Origin: Anthoceros angustus
Lineage: Eukaryota > Plantae > Anthocerotophyta
Reading direction: 5' to 3'
Assembly (NCBI GenBank): GCA_010909165.1
Contig: MU008198.1
Location: 1 to 64,000, forward strand
DNA: 64,000 nucleotides
A program made the translations under genes and the position numbers. The notes under the pieces are model-generated. The model saw only the letters and a program-made list of their open reading frames with translations. It ran no database searches and was not told where the DNA came from. Positions 1 through 10,449 of this stretch are shown piece after piece (within the stretch, counting starts at the first letter, position 1; every line of letters begins with the position of its first letter).

Positions 1-179
1 GAGGTGGCCGGAAAAGAGGTAGGAGTGCGGAGGGGAACGGGCGAATCGCCCAAGCAGGGGGTTTCTTCACGATCCTCTTTTCCAAGCTGCCACCGGTGTG
101 TTCATTCCATGAGAGAGGGTCATGTGGCCCAAGGAAGGTCTGTGTGGCCCAAGGGAAAAGTGCATGTGGCCCGTGAGGC

Positions 180-301
180 GAGAGTTCATTGGGAAGGGAA
201 AGGTTCCGGAGTAGTTGTGTCTTGTGGGAGGGATTGTGAGGAGAGTTCATTGGGAAGGGAAAGGTTCCGAGGGGGAGAGTTGTGTCTTGTGGGATTGTGA
301 G
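180..301. repeat. Two-copy ~60 bp direct repeat
   Basis: GAGAGTTCATTGGGAAGGGAAAGGTTCCG...GTTGTGTCTTGTGGGA..GATTGTGAG occurs at ~180 and ~241. Confidence 0.85.
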
Positions 302-1189
302 AGTGTGAGGGAAAATCGGAAGCGTGGGGGAGTGGGCGTGTGGTAGGATCGCGAAATTCCAGTAAGGTGAGGCGTATATAGGTGTCCAGGCCCCTAGGTC
401 CGTGTTAGAGAAGTCGGTGTGGTAGACTCATGAGGCGGGCGTGGGACCCGCCACGTGGCGCCACCGGTGGCCGAGTCTACCACGGTGGTGGGTTTGGTGG
501 TATGGAGAAGGTGGGTAGTGGCGCGGGTAGGTCTAGAATCCATAGATTTAGCACACCTTGACACAACACCATTCCCTTGGGATCGAATCCTAGGACTATA
601 ACGACATAGAGGGTAAATGTGGCCTCTTTGTCTTGGATGCAAAAACCCATTCCACACCATGAGCTCCCTTCCGTAGGTGCTCAGTCCATCGATGGGGCCT
701 CACTTCTGTGGGTGCTCCTCCAGGCTGCACGTCGGGAGTAGTCGGGCGGGAGGGTGTCTCTTGTGCCGTAGCTATCGGGAAGTGCGCATGGCCTACTCCA
801 TATGCACGCTTCGCTTACTCGGCCTTACGCCGCCCGCGTACTCTGGCCATACCATTTGTGCAGGGCGTGAATACACGCCTACTTGACCCTTTGGCGACCC
901 CTCGGTCTGGTGCTGCATGCGTTTACCTCTGATCACAGTCCACGTGGCCCCGTCCGTCTAAAACACGCTCCGACTCCTAAGTTACCTTACTTGGCGTACT
1001 TATCCCGTCCTGCTCCGGAGTGGGGTCCAGACTTACCCGGCACTCGGGTGCAGTCCGAGTCGCTGACCTACTCAGGTCTGGGTCAGGAGTACTCCGGACT
1101 TATTTCTTCCTTTCCACCTTATTTTCCACTCCGCGCCTACGAAAAGAACAAAACCTAACTCATTTCCTACCCAAGGGGAGAGTCCGTGG

Positions 1190-1860
1190 TCCACACCTTC
1201 AGATGCGACAGCTTCTGCAATGCCATCATCCGCAGCGTCACTTCCTTCCATATGTTCCGGAGCTTCCTCCTACACAGAGCGCAAAACATACATGTTTTTC
1301 CGTATTATGGTTCTGGTCCTTGCATTTAGTTGCTTCTATTTTGTTAGAGAAAACCCGTATGCCAAGATGAATGTGTCTGAAAGAAGCAATTTGTCGACGT
1401 GTTTTCGCAACCTCATGCTCTGACGTTGAGAGCGACCCCCACGACTTGCGCGCGTTGGTGGCTAATCGGGTAAAATCATCTCCTGTAGGTACCTGCTTTG
1501 AAATGCGTCAGTGCATTTAGTAACCCACCAATGGACTTTAATGAATGGGGCGTCACATTGGAAGTCCACCTGTAGGACTTTTGCGAGCCAGAACGGTCGA
1601 TTGTCAGCATTTGTCTCACAAGACACCGCAATCATGTTACCTGTTTGTATCTCCAACACATCGCCGTTCAAGCTTTCTTGTTCCATAGCGCATCATCTGT
1701 CCAAATGCGCTCCAACATACATGTCCCGCCGCGGGCACTTGGATTTTGATTGGATCTGTAAATTCTCATGTGTTGACTTTCGCCGCGGCCGCATAATCCC
1801 GCGGTCGTTGTAGCAAGGGTCCGTTCCCAAGAGAATGATAGGTTCCGCTTTGAGTGCGTC
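1190..1860 (-). pseudogene. Decayed, probably transposon-encoded ORF (C-terminal fragment)
   Basis: One frame runs ...YVGAHLDR*CAMEQES...RPFWLAKVLQV...IKVHWW...MILPD*PP...ILAYGFSLTK*KQLNARTRTII...RSV*EEA. It has four in-frame stops, no frameshift, and lies among repeats. TE origin is inferred. Confidence 0.55.
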
Positions 1861-1880
1861 TCAACCGATTCTCACCTCAA

Positions 1881-2279
1881 CGTCGTGACCGTTTCGGACT
1901 TAAAGCGTGTGCGCTCGCAGTTTAACGACTAACTACTCCGTCCACGACGGGCCCGGCGTGGCCAAGCGTTTAAGGACTCATTCAGCGTCAAGTATCCTAC
2001 CGATCCGTCCCTCGTTAAATCTGCTCTCCTCACCACTCACTACGCTCATCATTCTTTTGGGGAAGAGTGGGTGGGTTATGCGTCGTGACCGTTTCGGACT
2101 TAAAGCGTGTGCGCTCGCGGTTTAACATTGCTAACTACGTCCCAGACGGGCGGCGTGGCCAAGCGTTTAAGGACTCGTTCAGCGTCAAGTATCCTACCGA
2201 TCCAGGTCCCTGGTTAATGCAATCTGTTCTCTCCACCACTCTTTCGCTCATCATTCTTTTGGGGAAGAGTGGGTGGGTT
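1881..2279. repeat. Tandem duplication of a ~200 bp unit (2 copies)
   Basis: CGTCGTGACCGTTTCGGACTTAAAGCGTGTGCGCTCGC...ATCATTCTTTTGGGGAAGAGTGGGTGGGTT starts at 1881 and again at 2081, with several small indels between copies. Confidence 0.95.
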
Positions 2280-2607
2280 CGTGTAGGACCTCCTTGCATT
2301 CCGCCGGGCCTCTCGCCCGGCTCTACCGCCCTCCGGGAGTTCCACGGCTCACGCGTTCGGTCCGTCCAGCGTCGGCCCGTGCTCACGGAAGAGCAAGGGT
2401 CTCTGATCGTTAAGCTCGCACACACACCACCGTTAATGCAGTATTGAGTGCCAATCCGGTGTTCATGACCCCGGCGGCTTGTTTTGGGCTGGATTTGTTT
2501 TTTTTGGTCGTTACTTCTTAGCAGGGATAGGACGGAGTTAGTCAATAAGGCCATTTTTGGCCAGATTGCACTTAGTGTGCAAACCCTAGACCCTTGGTCC
2601 ATTGGAG

Positions 2608-2800
2608 GCCGGTCCGTCCGGGCGAGGTCCGACGGAGCGGTCCGTCCGGGCGAGGTCCGACGGGGTGGTCCGTGCGGGTGAAGTCCGACGGAGGTCCAGG
2701 TCCGAGGGTCGGCGGGCGGTCCGTCGGGCGGGCGGTCCGTCGGGCGAGGTCCGTCCGGGCGAAGTCCGACGGAGAGGTCCGTCGGGCGGTCCGTCCGGCG
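2608..2800. repeat. GC-rich degenerate short-motif array (GGTCCGTCCGGGCG / GGTCCGACGG)
   Basis: The motifs recur about 15 times, and GTCCGACGG is inverted relative to CCGTCGG. Confidence 0.85.
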
Positions 2801-3337
2801 GAGTGGTCGGCCGCAACAGTTCGGATGGCATAGTGCGGGCGGATCTCTTCGCTGCGGCGGTGGTGGAAGAAGTCCGGCGCAATGATGAGCTGCGCCCTGG
2901 CGGTTACCACGACCCAGGGTTAGGGTACATACATGGCAGGGTTAGGGTACATACATAGGTGGGTTAGATTAGGGTGTGGGGGGTATATAGGAAGGCCCGG
3001 CGTCCAAGACCGGAGACTATCCCGGGTACCATCTTCGCACTCCGTGTGCTCTTGCCTCCCGTGCTCGAGGAGCGGAGTGCGTTCCTGCGTCACCGTGTAG
3101 GATTAATTGGTGGTAGAGGGATGTGTCGAGAGCTCTGGTGACGAGCTCCGCCAACACGCTTGGTGGGTGCAGACCAGGACCGGACCTGAGCTCAGGTGGT
3201 GCTCGAGGGTGACTTCCCGGGTGCGAGACCAACCTTGGAGGCTGCTGGAGCGGAGGCTGTGGGGTTGCAGGCTGCGAATCCACTTCCCCGCAGAACGCGA
3301 AGTAGTCAAAAGGGTTAGGAGGCGCTTGGAGGTGACC

Positions 3338-3790
3338 TGTGAGTATTGGACTATTATCCTGTGAGTTAGAAGGCACTAGAGTATTGGTCTTGTGAGTTTG
3401 AAGGCGCTAGACTATTATCCTGTGAGTTAGAAGGCACTAGAGTATTGGTCTAGTGAGTTAGAAGGCACTAGAGTATTGGTCGTGTGAGTTGAAAGGCAAT
3501 AGAGTATTGGTCATGTGAGTTGGAAGGCAATAGAGTATTGGTCATGTGATTTGGAAGGCTTGGAAGGCACTAGGGTATTGGTCCTATGAGTTTGAAGGCG
3601 CTAAAATACTTTCTTGTGAGCTCGAAGGCACTAGAGTATTGGTCCTGTAAGTTTGAAGGCGCTAAAATACTTTCTTGTGAGCTCGAAGGCACTAGAGTAC
3701 TTTCTTGTGGGTTCGGAGCCGCTAGAGTACTTAAAATGATGGATGACCCAGATGTCTCTTCCTTCTGTGAGGTCGAAGGTGCTAGAGTAG
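3338..3790. repeat. ~30 bp minisatellite, ~14 degenerate copies
   Basis: Unit is approximately TGTGAGTTAGAAGGCACTAGAGTATTGGTC. Confidence 0.95.
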
Positions 3791-3851
3791 TTGACAATGG
3801 ATGGATAGATGAACCAAGGATTTCTTCCAGCGCAATTCCGATAGTCAGAGC

Positions 3852-4126
3852 GACACTTCTCAACCGGCTATGCAATGTAGCCACACTTCTCAGCCGGCTA
3901 TGCAATGTAGCCAGGCTTCACACTTCTCAGCCGGCTATGCAATGTAGCTAGCTCCAAGCCGGCTATGCAATGTAGCCAGCTCCAAGCCGGCTATGCAATG
4001 TAGCCAGCTCCAAGCCGGCTATGCAATGTAGCCAGCTCCAAGCCGGCTATGCAATGTAGCCAGCTCCAAGCCGGCTATGCAATGTAACCAGCTCCAAGCC
4101 GGATATGCAATGTAGCCAGCTCCAAG
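3852..4126. repeat. 28-bp minisatellite, 9 copies
   Basis: Unit CCGGCTATGCAATGTAGCCAGCTCCAAG; the first copies use an ACACTTCTCAG linker instead. Confidence 0.95.
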
Positions 4127-4139
4127 AACTTCGGTGAAG

Positions 4140-4229
4140 CCTGAAGCTCAACCAATGCAAGGTAGCCACCTGAAGCTCAACCAATGCAAGGTAGCCACCT
4201 GAAGCTCAACCAATGCAAGGTAGCCACCC
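4140..4229. repeat. 29-bp tandem repeat, 3 copies
   Basis: CCTGAAGCTCAACCAATGCAAGGTAGCCA at 4140, 4169 and 4198. Confidence 0.95.
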
Positions 4230-4875
4230 GACGCTCAACAAAATAATCTGAGAGGTATGATTAAGCTCCTTATTAGTATCATACAGCCCATTATGCTCGC
4301 CTTGCGGTCATGTGCTTTTTCCCAGCTTCCTCTTTCTGATACCAAGAATTGTAGGCAATTGTAGGTTTTACTGCTAGAATGGCGTGCCAGGACAGGTTGA
4401 TCACTGTCCTCGGCAATGTTAGAAGCGATGATGAGTACTCCTCGCTACGTCCTGCTCCGCTGACTCTTCACGGCAGTCTGATTTGCAGCTTCCACTGACT
4501 ACAGTCTGACGACGCAGGTTGCTACTTATCAGCAAGCGACAGTAAACCCCGTTCACTTCTCTCCATTCTCCACTGTACATAAATTCAATGCGATCAAAAT
4601 TCCTTTGGTGACAAAGACAACAAGCACATGCAGTGATTTTCATGAAGGGCTTCTTCGAGTACCGCAACCTAAGATCACGAAAGGCGACAAAAATGAGGAA
4701 CTCGTCATCAGGGTCCATGTCCGAGGGGCATCCCCAGAATTTGGCCCACGGCCGGATGACCCCATCTCTAAATTGTTGAGAGTGTAAACGCACGACAGGC
4801 TGCCAGCAGTGCTGCAATACGCCAACTCCAGGCTAGAGGAAACGGTTTGCTACCTTCACGTCATGGTGTTGGACG

Positions 4876-5370
4876 TCACCTGCACCATGGCCAGGTCAGT
4901 TTCCCAAACTCGTACAACAACGTCAAGAACCAGCTCTCCAAACACGGAATCACAATCCTCGAAAGATGCAAGAGCAGGGCGGCAATCGTGGAGTGGACAC
5001 GGTAGGGCAGGCAGGGTATGACCTTGAGGCACTGGGTCTGGCATCGGCGCATGCAGATGTCGTTCCAGTTCGGCAAGTGGTGCGCATTGGCACAGACGGA
5101 GGAGGCGCAGGCATCGGTGCAGGCATCCACCTCAGAGACGCCGCAGACAGTGACGCAGGTGTCGGGCGTGGGGTCTTTGGAGAAGGCCCCCACCCGGTTG
5201 AGCATCCTCTTGGACGTGCACACCCGCTCGCACACGAAGGCGTCGTTGTCGCCCTTGGAGTCCCTCCCGCGCAGCTGCTCCTCCTCCCGCCCCCGCGTGT
5301 TCTTCACCACCTGCCGCACAATCAGCGCCGGCACGGCGGCCGCCACCGCTCCCCACCACCAATCCACCAT
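4876..5370 (-). CDS. Conserved plant Cys-rich small protein (At5g64816-like); 3' end uncertain
   Basis: MVDWWWGAVAAAVPALI...FVCERVCTSKRMLNRVGAFSKDPTPDTCVTVCGVSEVDACTDAC...NWNDICMRRCQTQCLK matches the family as I recall it. ATG at 5370. A possible donor follows CLK (~5022). Confidence 0.85.
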   Translation of the reverse strand: MVDWWWGAVAAAVPALIVRQVVKNTRGREEEQLRGRDSKGDNDAFVCERVCTSKRMLNRVGAFSKDPTPDTCVTVCGVSEVDACTDACASSVCANAHHLPNWNDICMRRCQTQCLKVIPCLPYRVHSTIAALLLHLSRIVIPCLESWFLTLLYEFGKLTWPWCR

Positions 5371-6162
5371 GCCTGTGCCAGTTCCCTTGCACCACCTTTC
5401 CTTCTTCACGTCACGTCCCGTCCTCTCCTCTCCTCAGCAGATCCCCTTCCTCGCAGCAACCAAAACCTAATAAGTCTCCTTCCACCAGCTAAGACAACCG
5501 TTGATCCCACTGTTCCTGTAGCACGGCATCTAAGTTCCTGGACGAGCGGGGAAGACGCGCTCAGGTTCTGAACACGCCGACGCCATGACCAGCAAGAATG
5601 CGTGCTGCTGCTTCTTCTTCATCTGCTCCTTCACATTGTTCTCTTTCTTCTTTCTTAACCGAACTTCAGTGCTTCACGGAAAATGGACTGGCAGTGCAAT
5701 GGCATACGTACTCCAAGTTACCTGTTAACCTCGTCACCTTCCGGCTGGAAGCTCGTGGCGGCAATGCAAGACCTGTGCTTACTCAAAGCACGCTTCGCTC
5801 TTGCCCCACAACGAAGAACGGGGCCCGAGAGCGGACGCCATGCCAAACCACATATCTCGACAGATTTTCCTAACAGCTTAAAATCTGATTGGATTGGACA
5901 CGGGAGTTATGGTACAAATGCAAGCAAGCTTTTCCAGCCTGCTGTGCTGCACATTAGAACCAGAAAACGATAGAGATCTCACGCTCCGGTGAAGACATAA
6001 GAGGCCTTATCCTACGTCCTTGCAGCCAACTTGTCTACACTGTTGACATCCACTGTGTCCACGTCACTGCAGTCATCCATTGTCAGCGAAGCTCTGGGAG
6101 GATCAGGAGCCTATCACGGGCAGGTCACGAATTGGATATGCAATTGATGCACCAATCCACTG

Positions 6163-7988
6163 TCACTGCTCCAGCATGGAAGTAGCTGCAGTAGGCAACT
6201 CCTCAGTACTTCTTTCCAGTACCACCTCGTTGTTGGGCGAAACACCATCAACCACGGCACTTGCCCGTTTCTGTTTCTTGCCTCTCCCCAGCCAACCAGT
6301 TATAGTAGGATGAGTCGCTAACTGGATAACGACATTGCGGGCCACCTCAATGGCCTGACGAGTTGATTCTGCAGCACCTAGGACAGCAGGCTTCACCACA
6401 GCCACAGGATATCGTGCTTGTTCTTGCAACATAGCTGTCATGCGGATCAGTGTCTATCAGGATTGACTCCACAAACTCACCATCTACAAGTTTGAGAAGG
6501 AAGAGAACTCGCAGAAAGACTCAACAACGGGCCTCTAGAGAGCATACCAAAAGTCTGGGAAGCAGCAACCACACCCATACGGCGAATTCCAACTTCAGCA
6601 GCATGGACAGCTCTAGCTGAGCTTCGTACGCCGTCTGATATCTCATGACTGCAAGCCATCAGCAGATGTAGGTTTAATCACAGTTCACCTGACTTAGGTG
6701 TGCACTCCTCCATCGTCCAATGCACACTAACTAGATAACCTGCTGGACAACACTATCTGCGTCTGCAAAAGAGAAAGACAGTTCTCAACTACTGTTAACT
6801 GGGCGGAGATCTAGCTGACAAGACTACCCCATTGATTTGCCTCGGTTGGAACATGAGTGTAAAAGTTTGGCAAGTTAATTACCTCAAGTCATTGAGTTCC
6901 AACGTCAAGTCACTGATTTCCATCCCAGAAAGCCTGATAGCTGCCATCGTTGGAGGTAACTCCTCCCGAGCAACATCTGCTAGCTTCTCCATGGCAATAG
7001 CTGCCCGCCTCATTGACTGCAAGAGAGATACAAGGCTGTTCTTGAATTTTTGTGCGAACAGAACCTTCAACATAGGACGCAACAGAAAATCTGTCCAGAT
7101 ATGTGGTTTGACACGGGAGTTATGGACATGCCAATCTGTTCAAACTACTAGCAGCAAGTGCTGATCAAGCCATAAGTACACAAACCTAAAACGCTTCCGA
7201 AAGGAGACTTACATTCAGAGTTGGAATTGCTGTGAACAAGAGAGCGGAGAGAGCACCCGTTGTCTGCACAGCGCAAAGTTAACACAATATGAGCCCAAAC
7301 GATCAAGAGGACCTGCAACGTCGTCTGGCTTCTGAGACTGCTGAAAAGGAAGCAGTCATCATACTCACTGACAGGGCCAGATTACTTCGGCACCAAAACA
7401 TGGATGGTTTCTGGAACAAATGACGCAGGAGAATGGGAACTGCAACCATGCACTCAGACCTATAACGAATCATACCGTGCAAGCGATGAAGCCAAGCAGA
7501 AAGAAAGCTTGATCAAGAGGCCCCAGTTGAGCAAAACGCAAGGTCGAGGGGATCATGGGAGTCACTGTTTCTGTTGATGTCCCATAAACAGGTGATTCCT
7601 GTTCTAATAATCTGTCGACCTTGACAGATGTAACATCTCCGGATTCCTGGCCTGGTTGCCTCACAAGAGCACTTTTTGATGTGGCAGTTCCTCCAACAAA
7701 TTTTCGGGGGCTAGCTGCATTACGAGGGACAAAAATGCAGTAGCTTGGCCGTTTTGCCTTGGGCCATCGCTTGAACTCAACTTGGCCTCTCCTCCTCTGA
7801 GGACCTATTTCCCTGGTAAGCTGACTAAAAACTGGAACCAGTTGCGTATTACTCCTACGTAACTGAGCTTTCCTACCACACTGAAAAATCACCAGCACAG
7901 AGCTGCCTCCACCACAAGGAACCAACCCGTGCCTGTGCAGCTCACAGTGAGACGATGAGGAGAGAGGCTTAAGGTAGGATATCTGCAT
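6163..7988 (-). CDS. Plastid-targeted membrane protein, At1g08530/At5g09995-like (cyanobacterial DUF948-like core), 5 exons
   Basis: Exons ~7988-7476, 7263-7213, 7016-6883, 6648-6548 and 6435-6163 with GT-AG boundaries. They give ...AIPTLNSMRRAAIAMEKLADVAREELPPTMAAIRLSGMEISDLTLELNDLSHEISDGVRSSARAV..., preceded by a transit-peptide-like N-terminus. Confidence 0.8.
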
Positions 7989-9317
7989 GGTCACTCGCTG
8001 CCAGATCAAATCAGACTCATGGTTTACACTTCTATCGTGTTCCAATTGTGCCGCTTCCTAATAACAAACGCAGCAGATTTGAGCTACATGTACACCGCGG
8101 CTGCAATGCCTGCTCTTCCCCAATGCTAACCGTCACCAACCTCCTCAGACTGTCTCGTCCTGAATCAATACCCCGCCCGACTGCAAATCAATGTCCTGCC
8201 GGCTGCGTCGAATCTAGATTCTGCAACAAACAAACAATCAAGCACCAGTTGTGCACCTACAAGTGAGCCCCGGAGAAATAGGCTCCTTCCCTCCACAATT
8301 ATCACAGAATCCCCCCTCCCTTGATAGCCATCTCCCAAGAGTGCAACCAAACCACGGCCTCGTCAAGTACCTCTCCTCCTGCCCTATATCTAACCGACCT
8401 GCCGTCCCTCAGGCCAATGAAACAACGGCCCCCACGGCACACAGACGTGCTCGGCTCCCTCCCTACCGCTTCCAAATCCACAGCGGCTCGGGAAAATTGC
8501 AGCAGCTGCAGCGGGCAAGCTTCACGGCGCATGCACGGCGCGCAGGCGGCGAATCACGATCCGATCCGACAACACGTCGTGGATCTGCACCTCCCTCTCC
8601 TTCCTACTCATGCACATCCGTTGGCACAGTGGCAGGAATCCAACAATTGGTGATGGCCGAATGGGTGGCGCGCGGAAGATTCCACAGGCCGGGTACGTTT
8701 CTACTGTGTGCAGGGCATGGAAGGCATGGAAGGCGAGGCGGGCGCAGTTTCTTGTTAGCAGATGGCCTCCGCCACTTCCCACGCATTTGCGACCGATAGC
8801 CTAGCCCCCGCGGGCCGCCCCGCTTGTTTGAATGGCTTCTGTGTTTTGCTTTTGCACAATTCCACCAATTTTGTGCACGGCAAGCCGGTTGACGCCGCTT
8901 GTTCCCGGCACGCGTCATCCAATTCGGGTGCAGAATATGTGGTCCCCTTGCCCATACCCGACAAGCCCACGTCACTCGTCAGACGCCAGCCCAAACGTGT
9001 TGACGTGTTCGACAGCCGGGCCAAGTCATCATCCGATTCTGCTGCCAACTTGCTTCCTGATGCTTTGTCATACAATTTGCCCTGGTATGAACTCCCGCAA
9101 GACCTAGACTACTCGGGACAGGGTCCTCTACATATGTATGTACTATAATACATAGTATTTTTAACAAAGTTAATTATTCTTAAACCCCTAGAATGCCCGT
9201 GAAACTCGAATTGAGACTTTGAAACATTCCAGCTCATTTCAGGCTCATATAAAAACTTAATATTATAGTCACTGACTTTATACATCGTGGCATGCCATTT
9301 ATGGCCTCGGCCATATG

Positions 9318-9560
9318 GAGCCATGATGCTTTGGAGAATTTTTGAGCAACTTTTTAATGCCATTCAAACCAACTTAGACAATATAAAAAACAATTAGATG
9401 GCCATGATGCTTTGGAGAATTTTCGAGCAACTTCTTAATGCCATTCAAACCAACTTAGACAATGCAAAAAACAATTAGAGGGCCATGATGCTTTGGAGAA
9501 TTTTTGAGCAACTTTTTAATTCCGTTTTAAGCAATCGGGACAAAGCAAGAAACAATTGGA
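9318..9560. repeat. ~80 bp AT-rich tandem repeat, 3 copies (TE/MITE-like)
   Basis: GCCATGATGCTTTGGAGAATTTTTGAGCAACTTTTTAAT... at ~9320, ~9402 and ~9482. Confidence 0.9.
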
Positions 9561-10449
9561 TGCCATAGAGGCTAGCTTTGATGAGCAAGAATGAAGCAAA
9601 GCTCCAATAACCAACAATCCAGTCTATACTTGCCATGTATACATTGGATTGTTGGCTATTGCACAATTTGAATTGGTTTTGTGGTACATGCATTCCAGTG
9701 GAATGCAAACCAAGAGCAATTCTAATTTTAGCAATAGGAATTCCTCTTGTGGTTCTTGCATTCCAGTGGAATGCAAACCCGAAGAACCTTAAGAATCAAG
9801 AGCAATTCCAATTGCGCAACTTGGATTATTGTAATTGGGGAATTCTTTTATCTCCTGCATCAAATCTCACTCTAATCACACAAGTCACTGTGAGAGCTTA
9901 AAGCAAGGAATTCAGGTATGGATTAGGGCAATGGATAAATCGAGAAAGCAACAAATAGTAATCAGTAAAATATTTGAAAGCTTGAAATTGCTATAGCAAA
10001 ACTGCCATCTAGAACCGATGGAAGGATGGTTAAGACTTGATTTGAATCCTCACGATTTCTCTTCTGCTCAGTATTTCGAGTCCTTAGGGTGGTGAGGTCC
10101 GAATCTCAAGCACTAAGGAAACTAGCTAGTCGACGTAAATTTGGAATTAGGAATTCTGTTCGTATGTTGTTACCAGAAATATACATAACTAGTAAATGTA
10201 AATTGTAAGTTTATTTATTGTGTACAGTCGTTAGTGAACGCAAGGTTTCTTTTTCAGTCGTGTCTCCATGTCGCGGGGTTGGAGTGAGGGCCAACAGCTT
10301 TGATGATCGCTAGAGGAAATGCTGGTGGGCAGAGCAGGGGCGTGATTGCCGCGGCGCTGAGATTTGAATCACGGGCTGCGGGAGGTGCATCTCTGGTGGC
10401 GGGGGCAAGCAAGTGAAGGGATCGTGCTGGTGCTTGGGCGCATCGCACA

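Noticed and set aside
660-692. GAGCTCCCTTCC...CAGTCCA resembling a miR319 complement
   Set aside because: The match is interrupted by about 10 nt and no partner arm was found.
3338-4229. CRISPR-like arrays of 28-30 bp partly palindromic repeats
   Set aside because: The units are head-to-tail with no unique spacers, there are no cas genes, and the context is eukaryotic.
4419-4860. 132-aa minus-strand ORF downstream of the At5g64816-like gene
   Set aside because: No ATG start or recognisable motif; probably 3' UTR or intergenic.
8251-9148. Plus-strand ORFs with faint resemblance to a GH29 N-terminus (LPLLPT...QWQ, NGFC)
   Set aside because: The similarity is fragmentary and across frames, and cannot be supported without a search.
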